A stretch of 34,984 nt of DNA, from positions 1 to 34,984 of the forward strand of contig JAMCYD010000029.1 of the NCBI GenBank assembly GCA_023473785.1. The letters run 5' to 3'. Under the pieces are notes generated by a model, which worked only from the letters and a program-made list of their open reading frames with translations, had not been told where the DNA came from and made no database searches. Source of the stretch: Patescibacteria group bacterium. GTDB taxonomy: Bacteria; Patescibacteriota; Microgenomatia; Levybacterales; UBA12049. The position numbers and the translations under genes are program-made. Below, piece by piece: positions 26,962 through 33,935 of the stretch (within the stretch, counting starts at the first letter, position 1; each line of letters opens with the position of its first letter).

Positions 26962-27294
26962 TTAGCTGGGGCCAAGCGGGAAAAGACTAGGTTTACCGCC
27001 CAGAATTGTTATGATAAGTCTTACTATGGTAAAGGCGGCGGTAATAACTACAAGGCCAATGATTGAGTACGTAAGTCTTGCCCGCGCCTGCTGAATTTGC
27101 TCCTTCTCTCCGCCTGATAATATCCATTGAATGCCAGAGTAGATAACGATAATAACTGCAATTATAATGCCTCCGGCAAAGAGAAAATTAAGCCCCATCT
27201 GAATAATTTTTTGCCCTGTATCCATTCCGCCGGTTGGAACATCCCTAGGCGCTTCTATCGGGGTGCCGCTGATTGATAAAGATAAATACCTCAT
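26962..27294 (-). CDS. VirB2/TrbC-like T4SS pilin paralogue 3
   Basis: 110 aa. Core: YSGIQWILSGGEKEQIQQARARLTYSIIGLVVI. Confidence 0.6.
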   Translation of the reverse strand: MRYLSLSISGTPIEAPRDVPTGGMDTGQKIIQMGLNFLFAGGIIIAVIIVIYSGIQWILSGGEKEQIQQARARLTYSIIGLVVITAAFTIVRLIITILGGKPSLFPLGPS

Positions 27295-27303
27295 AATTAG
27301 TTG

Positions 27304-28476
27304 CTATTTGCCTAGTCCTGGAATTCGGAGTATATCAACGCCGATTATTTGAAGTATGACAAGTGAGAATATTATAAAAAGAAGGCCGATTATTGCAGAT
27401 GTAAGTTGGTCCTTTGCTCCCTCAAGTCTTTCGGGGTTTCCTCGTGATTCCATCAGTTTGTAGCCTGATAATATGATGAGAAGAAGAGCTATTCCGCCTG
27501 AGAAACCAAGAATGAGAGAAAAAATAGATTTTATAAAGCCTGTAGGATCCGTTCCGATCTGGCCTATTGCAGTATTTACACTCTTGCAGCTTCCATTTGG
27601 CCCAAGAGTAGCGCAGGGCGGTGGCGGAGGAGAAAGAGGAGTTTCATCGTTTGCAGCTTGTGTATCGGTAAGAAGCGGATCCTTGATAAGCTCTCCCACG
27701 GATCCGTTGGTTTGATCAACAATAACTTGGGCTTCGTAAAAATCAATATCGTCTACCTTGTCGCATCCCTTAATGCTCAATGTATATGAACCAGCGCTTA
27801 ATTCGTTAGGGTTCTTAGGTACGATTATAGATACTGGGGTATCCGTCTGGGTGATTTTAGTGCAATTGGAATCATAAGATTTATGTTTGCCTTCCGCATT
27901 ATTCTTGAGGGTTAACTTGTAGCTATTTCTATCATCTCCGCCTTGTCTTAATTTCTTCTGAGACATAGATACAGTGATTTGACTGCCGGGAGTCGGATTA
28001 TCAGGGCTTATTGAAATATTCTCATTCTCGAGTTCCGGAAAATAATAATGAACGTAGAATTGGGCAATTGCAGCTTGTTCTTTTGTTTTTGCGTTGAAAA
28101 GAGCGAGTCCATATGTATGTCCGCCATAAAACCAATCTCTGCCTGCTTTACAGTTTTCTTTCACGGTGTATTCTTCGCCTCCACAGATAGTAGTAAAAGA
28201 TAAAGTACCTTCCGAATTAGCATCAATTCTCGCCATTTTCACAAAAGGTGCGTGTACGCCAACAATACATTCATTGATTGTTTGGCGGTTGCACACAAAA
28301 TATGTTGCCCCTGGAATTAGGTTGTCAAACGTGACGGAAACCGTAAGAACAGTCTCATCTATAGAGTCTTTATCTGGGGTAATTGTAACATTGGCAAAAG
28401 CATTATCGGAGCGCAGGAAAAGAAATACTAGAATAAAGAAAAAGAATATTGCAAATTTGGAAAAAATTCTCTTCAC
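27304..28476 (-). CDS. fusion of a ~255-aa secreted Cys-containing beta-rich domain to a C-terminal VirB2/TrbC-like pilin module
   Basis: GTG start and a signal peptide ending AFANV. Aa 28-281 form the extracellular domain (nt 27634-28395). The linker is SPPPPPCATLGPNGSC. Aa 288-390 form the pilin core LSGYKLMESRGNPERLEGAKDQLTSAIIGLLFI, colinear with the three short paralogues. Confidence 0.55.
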   Translation of the reverse strand: MKRIFSKFAIFFFFILVFLFLRSDNAFANVTITPDKDSIDETVLTVSVTFDNLIPGATYFVCNRQTINECIVGVHAPFVKMARIDANSEGTLSFTTICGGEEYTVKENCKAGRDWFYGGHTYGLALFNAKTKEQAAIAQFYVHYYFPELENENISISPDNPTPGSQITVSMSQKKLRQGGDDRNSYKLTLKNNAEGKHKSYDSNCTKITQTDTPVSIIVPKNPNELSAGSYTLSIKGCDKVDDIDFYEAQVIVDQTNGSVGELIKDPLLTDTQAANDETPLSPPPPPCATLGPNGSCKSVNTAIGQIGTDPTGFIKSIFSLILGFSGGIALLLIILSGYKLMESRGNPERLEGAKDQLTSAIIGLLFIIFSLVILQIIGVDILRIPGLGK

Positions 28477-28482
28477 ACTTTT

Positions 28483-28511
28483 ATAGTAGACAAGTTTTAG
28501 GGAATTTGCAA
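28483..28511 (-). promoter_or_regulatory. sigma70-like promoter of the pilin operon, placed for a leaderless transcript
   Basis: On the minus strand: TTGCAA (28511-28506), 17-nt spacer, TACTAT (28488-28483), then 6 nt to the GTG at 28476. Confidence 0.3.
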
Positions 28512-28517
28512 TACCAA

Positions 28518-28547
28518 CCGTAAATAGGCAACGGCTATGAAGCTCGT
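28518..28547. repeat. left arm of a long imperfect inverted repeat bracketing the four-helix-bundle gene
   Basis: ccgtaaataggcaacggctatgaagctcgt pairs with 28991-29022. By hand count about 27 of 32 positions pair in the minus-strand transcript, counting two G-U pairs. Confidence 0.55.
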
Positions 28548-28559
28548 ATAGTTCTGCGG

Positions 28560-28982
28560 TTACGTCGGACGGTTTTTGAATTGAGACCAGGCTCTTGACA
28601 GTTTATATAATTGACGAGCGGATTTATCGTAGCCGTCAACAAGTTCCCCCACAAGTGTTTTGTTAATTTGGTAGATATCACGACACTGCTCAAGACTTAC
28701 GATTGTTTCGTTGCATTCTCCAAGTGCATCATCCAAATACTTTTGAAAACCTGCTTTTTGGTGTCTTTTTCCATATCCTTCGGCAATGAGTCTTGGTATT
28801 GCCTTACACGATCTATTTAACTGATCTTTTAAGTCATATCTTTCAGAATCAGGAAGTTTCGGAAGAATTTCTCTTATAACCTTAAGCATCAACTTATAAG
28901 TGTTTCGATAAACTTCTAAATCTCTAAAGCTTTTTATCGGTCGATAACTATTGTCTATCTTTTTGACGCTTAACGTATCCAT
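28560..28982 (-). CDS. four-helix-bundle protein (TIGR02436 / 23S rRNA intervening-sequence protein / Avd-like family)
   Basis: FRDLEVYRNTYKLMLKV...PDSERYDLKDQLNRSCKAIPRLIAEGYGKRHQK..F.KYLDDALGECNETIVSL matches the family consensus block for block. Confidence 0.85.
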   Translation of the reverse strand: MDTLSVKKIDNSYRPIKSFRDLEVYRNTYKLMLKVIREILPKLPDSERYDLKDQLNRSCKAIPRLIAEGYGKRHQKAGFQKYLDDALGECNETIVSLEQCRDIYQINKTLVGELVDGYDKSARQLYKLSRAWSQFKNRPT

Positions 28983-28990
28983 ACTTCGAA

Positions 28991-29022
28991 ACGAGCATCG
29001 TAACCGTTACCGTTTATTACGG
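28991..29022. repeat. right arm of the inverted repeat bracketing the four-helix-bundle gene; overlaps the stop codon of the upstream regulator gene
   Basis: acgagcatcgtaaccgttaccgtttattacgg. The stop codon of the 443-aa ORF (29017-29019) lies inside this arm. Confidence 0.55.
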
Positions 29023-30348
29023 AACAAATCTTATTCCTCTGCCTTTTATTGTTTGTAAATGTCCGGGATTATTAGGGTCTTCTTCGATTTTTTTACGCAG
29101 TCTAAAGATAAGCTGATCTAAGGCCTGATCTGTTACGCCTTCAACCGATTTTGTATCCTGCCAGACCGATTTTATAACCTCGTTTCTATCCAATATTTTA
29201 CCCTGATTTTCCAATAAATATTTTAATAATTTAAATTCAGATGATGTAAGGATTTCAGAGAGCGGAAGATCTCCCTTTTTTATCACATTGGTTTGAGAAT
29301 CAAATACTAATTGCTGTGCCCTTCCGTAGCCTTGGCGAAGGAGGGTTGGTATAAAATCCGCAAAAAGAGGAACGCTTATCTTTCCGTCTTTTACAAGACC
29401 AATGTTGGTAAGGTAATCACAGACAGTTAGCTGATTGGCAGATATCATTTTTTGTTCTTCTGGATTTAACGAAGACCAAATTTCAAATAAACTTCCCTGA
29501 ATGCCTTTTTGCTCAAGCAGAAATTCGCTTAGTCCTTCTCTAGTTGCTAGTTGCCAATTGCTAGTTGCTAATATTGCTTCAAGGCAGAGGCGGGTTAGCT
29601 TGCCGTGAGCTCCTGTTAATTCTATTATTGAATCAATATTTTTTTTATTAATCTTCTTACCTGAAACTTTTTCAAGATAGGAAATTCTAAAGTCAAGTCC
29701 TGGTTTATCAAATAACGGCAGATAAACAATATTCCCAGCCAAAAATTCATAAAAATCTGCAAAAAGCATTGGTTCAACCAAGTCATCCAAGGATCTGCTC
29801 AATGAAAAAACCACGGAAAATCGGTACTTGGCTCGATTTCGAATAACTCTTAGATTGGTAAAGAATTCAGATGAAAGCATTGGGATGTATTCTTCGAAGC
29901 GGTCAAAAAGAAAAACAACAGTCAGTTCTTTCTCTATGCATAAAAAATCGATTGCTCTTTTAAGTCCCTGAAATAAAACAAGCTCATCGTTTGCTTTTAA
30001 GCTTTCATTGAGAATTTCATTCACTTTTTTATAATCCTCATTCATTTTTCGCTCGCGCAGAGAATCCAAAAGGGACAGGAAAATAAATTTCATAACCCCA
30101 AGGAGAGGTTTTTTGCGAACTTCAGAGAAATTAAGAAGCACAAAATGAAACCATTTTTGATTTTCCCCTAAGTGATTTATGCGAATACCTGTGTTATAGG
30201 TCAGAAGTCCCAAGAGATTTGATCTTCCGATTCCGGGTAAACCAATCAGCTGGCAGGAATTTCCATTTCTAACAAACCCCAATATCTTCTCGATTTCCGA
30301 AAACCTGCTCGTGTCTGGGTAGAGCGACTCAAAGTGAGTAGATTCCAT
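29017..30348 (-). CDS. AAA/STAND-like ATPase fused to a C-terminal OmpR/PhoB-type winged-helix DNA-binding domain
   Basis: N-terminal P-loop GLPGIGRSNLLG and Walker-B-like VVFLFDRFEE. The C-terminus SEFKLLKYLLENQGKILDRNEVIKSVWQD...DQALDQLIFRLRKKIE...IKGRGIRF is the Trans_reg_C pattern. No receiver domain is present. Confidence 0.65.
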   Translation of the reverse strand: MESTHFESLYPDTSRFSEIEKILGFVRNGNSCQLIGLPGIGRSNLLGLLTYNTGIRINHLGENQKWFHFVLLNFSEVRKKPLLGVMKFIFLSLLDSLRERKMNEDYKKVNEILNESLKANDELVLFQGLKRAIDFLCIEKELTVVFLFDRFEEYIPMLSSEFFTNLRVIRNRAKYRFSVVFSLSRSLDDLVEPMLFADFYEFLAGNIVYLPLFDKPGLDFRISYLEKVSGKKINKKNIDSIIELTGAHGKLTRLCLEAILATSNWQLATREGLSEFLLEQKGIQGSLFEIWSSLNPEEQKMISANQLTVCDYLTNIGLVKDGKISVPLFADFIPTLLRQGYGRAQQLVFDSQTNVIKKGDLPLSEILTSSEFKLLKYLLENQGKILDRNEVIKSVWQDTKSVEGVTDQALDQLIFRLRKKIEEDPNNPGHLQTIKGRGIRFVP

Positions 30349-30394
30349 AATAGTTCAAAGATCAAATATTAAATATCAAAGACTATCTCATAAC

Positions 30395-30799
30395 TTAAAG
30401 ATTTTTCTTGCCTTTCATTGTCAATACGCTTGAGCCAATAATTTTACTAATTTCCTCAATTTCTTTGGTAAATTTTAAGATTTTCTCTGTCTCTTCTGGT
30501 AATAATTCTTTTAACATAGCCAGCCAGTATTTTGCTTCATTGGCAGACTTTAAAGATATTTGAAAGTAGTTTAAAAATTCTTTTTTAGAGGAGGATGCTT
30601 TTGCCTCTACGATATTTGCTCCGACTGAAGTAATAGATCTGATTAGCTGATCGGAAATTATTTTAGTGGACTGCTTATAGCTTAGGCTTTCAAGAAATCT
30701 AATGATATTTATGGATAAATAAAAAGCTCTATATTTTAATTCTGTCTTTGAATTTTTAACTTGGTTTTGATTTTTGATTTTTGGGATTTGATCTAACAT
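30395..30799 (-). CDS. four-helix-bundle protein (TIGR02436 / 23S rRNA intervening-sequence protein / Avd-like family), second copy
   Basis: YRAFYLSINIIRFLESL...SDQLIRSITSVGANIVEAKASSSKKEFLNYFQISLKSANEAKYWLAML matches the family consensus. The N-terminus is low-complexity K/N/Q-rich. Confidence 0.85.
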   Translation of the reverse strand: MLDQIPKIKNQNQVKNSKTELKYRAFYLSINIIRFLESLSYKQSTKIISDQLIRSITSVGANIVEAKASSSKKEFLNYFQISLKSANEAKYWLAMLKELLPEETEKILKFTKEIEEISKIIGSSVLTMKGKKNL

Positions 30800-31028
30800 A
30801 TTAATTTTGCATTTTGCCTTTTGACCTTTGCCTTTATTGTGTAAGTATATCGTTAGCTAATTGTAATGTAAATATCAAGCACTTCGACTCCGCTCAGCGT
30901 AAACTCGCCTCACTATGAAAAGTATTGAAACAAGAACACAATTTAACAGCGAGGGTTTGACTCCGATTAAATCGGAGTTGACACCGCAACCCAATCCTCC
31001 TACACTTGAGAAAAGAGGAGATATTTTT

Positions 31029-33926
31029 ATGCCAGAGCCCGGACAGACAGAGGCAGGAACTGGAAGAGCAGACGCTCGCAGTCGGACCCTTAAAAAACAT
31101 GCACCAGAAAATCCACTTACCAGACAAGTAGACCGGGTGCAAAATCAAGAATTGCGAGCTTTTGCAACTGATTTTCAAAGCAGAGTAGAAAAAGCCCCTC
31201 TTTCTGAATGGTCAACAGAAGATCTTAGTAGCGAATATTTACGTCTCCAAGCATTAACAGCAAGGCTCGCAAGTACAGGGGATTTTAGTCAAAGAGAAAG
31301 AGTTTCAGCTGACGCTGCTCCGCTTAGTAGAGCTATCATCGAGCAATTAGAGAAAAAGGGAGTTGATTTAAAAGAACTATTTCTTAAGTCAGCGGAGCAA
31401 GCAGGAAAAGCAGGAATCTCAATAAGAAGTATTGGAGCAGCCACATTAACTCCTGCAGATTTCCCAGACCCAATATTACAGCATATAGTATCAGAATTAA
31501 ATGCCGAAGTAGGCAGGGTGGGTATTGGAAGCTTGATTGATATAAGATATGCACATGAGCAACGCTTAAGGGTAAGAGATTTACTAGACCAGGGATTGGT
31601 AAATCCAGATCAGGCAAATAATTTAATAAACGAGTTGAATAAATGGATTGCAGAATCTGCTCGGGAACAGCACGGAGATACCCTAAGTACGCTGCTTGAG
31701 GACGTTAGAAATAGTCCTGAGGGAGATAGGGAAGAAAAAATGATGCAAATTCTTAGAGGAATCTCACCTCATACGAATGGATTACCACCAGAGCTAGTTA
31801 TTGAAGTCATAAAGCTTGATGGAGCACTTGACTATTTAGTTAATAGGATAATCGCACAGCCTTTGGATGCAGAGACAAGTGACTATAGGTTGAGTTTTTA
31901 TGGAGGAATAAATCTTGAGCAAATCAAAGATATTTTAAAGGCGGAAGGGCAAAAAGATTCTGCGATGCAAGAAAGATATCAGAAGGTGTTATTTGTATCT
32001 GAAGCAGTTAGCTTATTTCATAATATGAATCTTCTTATCGTTACGGGAAATTTGGAAGGTTTCGTAAATGGGTCAAGAGGAATTACTCCTCAACAGCTAC
32101 AAGCACTACAGAATGTAAGAGGTGTGTCCAGCGTTATGAGAATTTTTAATGAGGAATTTCAAAGAATTCTCTCAAGGGATAAGTATATAAATGATGCTAA
32201 TTATGATGAAATTATGGGAAGTAGAGGAGTCGCTACGGAAAGAAATCCAAGAAAGCCCGGAACAGTAGAGAAAAGATTTCAAGATCTTATAAACAATAAA
32301 GTTGAGGAGCCTATGGAGGAGTGGGAAGTTAAATGGGCAGTTAACTCAGGAAAACTTTTGTTTAATCTTACTCTAAGAGCCGCAGAGCAAATCTCACTTG
32401 GAGAAGTGCAAAAAGGGGATGAGCAATGGGGTTCTATTCCTCAGGAATCTGCTGCGAGACTTATGAACTGGATGGGCTGGACAGGGTTTAGGTTTATGAT
32501 ATCTGAAAGTCGGGGAGGAATGGTCCTAGCGAGAATGGCACAGGATAATTTCCAGAGAGAACGCGGGGAGTATGGATATAGTGATATTTCCATAGAAACA
32601 TTAGGTGGAAAGAAAATTGAAGACTTTGAATTATCCTCAATGTCTGGAGTAAGCGGTATTTGGAGCTCATGGAGACAGAATTTAATTATTCTTAAAAATC
32701 TTAAGGTTGAAATAGACAATTTTAGAGGAAGCACATTTAGTGGTAATCTTAGAGATTTTATAAAGCAAGCAGGTGAAAAAAATCCGGAAGGACTAAGGGA
32801 GGTTTACTTAGAGAAAGATTCTGCGGGAAATTACACACTTAGAAAAGAAATAAACACTGCTCTTGGAATATTATTGAAACATGGTTCAATTACACCCGTT
32901 GAAACAGACTCTGCGGAAATGAGAAAAGCAAAAGAAGATGTAAGAATTGCTATATGGAAAAGAGTTGCTGAAGATAATCCACTGGCAGTCGCACCGCTTT
33001 TACACAATACAAAGCTAAAAGGAAAAGAAGCATTATTTTTGTCAGATGACGGAACTAAAGATGGGGAAACCAAGGTTTGGGATTCATTAACTGAAAAATT
33101 AAGCACTCTTCACGAGATAAGAATGCAAAGGATAAAAAATGGACAGCCTATAAGTCTTAGCGATTTAATAACCGAGCAGGATGCTCAGGAGAGAGGAATA
33201 AAATTAGATACGAATGAGAAGAAATTACTAGAGCACATAAGAACAACCGGTCAAAACTTCGCTGGGGAATTTGCAAATGTTAGATTTGCGTTTAATCCAT
33301 TCATGAACGACGTATTATTTGAAAATATTAATTATGCAGAAGCAGGAGCACAATTCTATGGCAGAAGAGTGGGAAGCGATCTTCCCTCCCATAATAATAC
33401 GTATAATGAGTTTGTAAAGCTTATGGATAATCCAGGAGGCACATCTTTAGAAGACGCATTAAAAGTTCTTCATGGCATGGTTCAAGCAATGGGAACTCCT
33501 CAGGGGATAGAATTTGGACAAGACAGAATACTTCCATTCCTTGAAGCATATATAAGATTTACAGAAGAGGGTGGACAAAATACTGGAGTATTAAGATGGC
33601 TTGAGAAAGATGCAATATGGTCTGGTATTAGAAAATTAACCAGAGCTCCAAATTCTTTGGCTCAGCAGTTTAGTGGGCCTGAGGGACTTGGCTTAAACGA
33701 GTTGGACATGAGGAGAGCATTAGATACGGCTCATCATATGGGAATATTAAGAAGTGAAAGACACAAAGATGGTGAGTTATTATGGACTGATACTTATGAA
33801 AAGATGAGAAAGAAGTTTAGACTGCAATTAGGCTGGCTTTTGGCAGGACTTTTAAGAGACATCATACCATTATTTGCAGCTGGAGCACTATTTGAGTTTG
33901 GTCAGAAGGCAACAAAAGAAAAGTAG
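31029..33926 (+). CDS. large (~965-1003 aa) mostly helical protein of unknown function with one C-terminal hydrophobic helix
   Basis: The long ORF has a track start at ATG 30915. The ATG at 31029 is preceded by GGAG (31017-31020) at 8-nt spacing and is preferred. No Walker or other catalytic motif was recognised. C-terminus: LGWLLAGLLRDIIPLFAAGALFEF. Confidence 0.4.
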   Translation: MPEPGQTEAGTGRADARSRTLKKHAPENPLTRQVDRVQNQELRAFATDFQSRVEKAPLSEWSTEDLSSEYLRLQALTARLASTGDFSQRERVSADAAPLSRAIIEQLEKKGVDLKELFLKSAEQAGKAGISIRSIGAATLTPADFPDPILQHIVSELNAEVGRVGIGSLIDIRYAHEQRLRVRDLLDQGLVNPDQANNLINELNKWIAESAREQHGDTLSTLLEDVRNSPEGDREEKMMQILRGISPHTNGLPPELVIEVIKLDGALDYLVNRIIAQPLDAETSDYRLSFYGGINLEQIKDILKAEGQKDSAMQERYQKVLFVSEAVSLFHNMNLLIVTGNLEGFVNGSRGITPQQLQALQNVRGVSSVMRIFNEEFQRILSRDKYINDANYDEIMGSRGVATERNPRKPGTVEKRFQDLINNKVEEPMEEWEVKWAVNSGKLLFNLTLRAAEQISLGEVQKGDEQWGSIPQESAARLMNWMGWTGFRFMISESRGGMVLARMAQDNFQRERGEYGYSDISIETLGGKKIEDFELSSMSGVSGIWSSWRQNLIILKNLKVEIDNFRGSTFSGNLRDFIKQAGEKNPEGLREVYLEKDSAGNYTLRKEINTALGILLKHGSITPVETDSAEMRKAKEDVRIAIWKRVAEDNPLAVAPLLHNTKLKGKEALFLSDDGTKDGETKVWDSLTEKLSTLHEIRMQRIKNGQPISLSDLITEQDAQERGIKLDTNEKKLLEHIRTTGQNFAGEFANVRFAFNPFMNDVLFENINYAEAGAQFYGRRVGSDLPSHNNTYNEFVKLMDNPGGTSLEDALKVLHGMVQAMGTPQGIEFGQDRILPFLEAYIRFTEEGGQNTGVLRWLEKDAIWSGIRKLTRAPNSLAQQFSGPEGLGLNELDMRRALDTAHHMGILRSERHKDGELLWTDTYEKMRKKFRLQLGWLLAGLLRDIIPLFAAGALFEFGQKATKEK

Positions 33927-33935
33927 CCTATATTA

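Noticed and set aside
28560-30799. Possibility that the two Avd-family four-helix-bundle genes mark a diversity-generating retroelement
   Set aside because: No reverse transcriptase ORF is present in the window. The only YxDD-like string, AYLDDR in the 351-aa protein at 10532-11587, lies in a non-RT context. I also saw no template/variable repeat pair with adenine-specific differences. A DGR elsewhere in the genome cannot be excluded.
30870-30914. tRNA T-arm-like TTCGA strings (acttcgactccgctc here; also acttcgaaacgagc at 28983 and gttcgaaaa near 1296)
   Set aside because: The flanking bases do not form the 5-bp T-stem, and no acceptor or anticodon arms can be drawn. No tRNA, rRNA or CRISPR repeat array was recognisable anywhere in the window by eye. 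A tRNAscan/Infernal run would still be the proper test.
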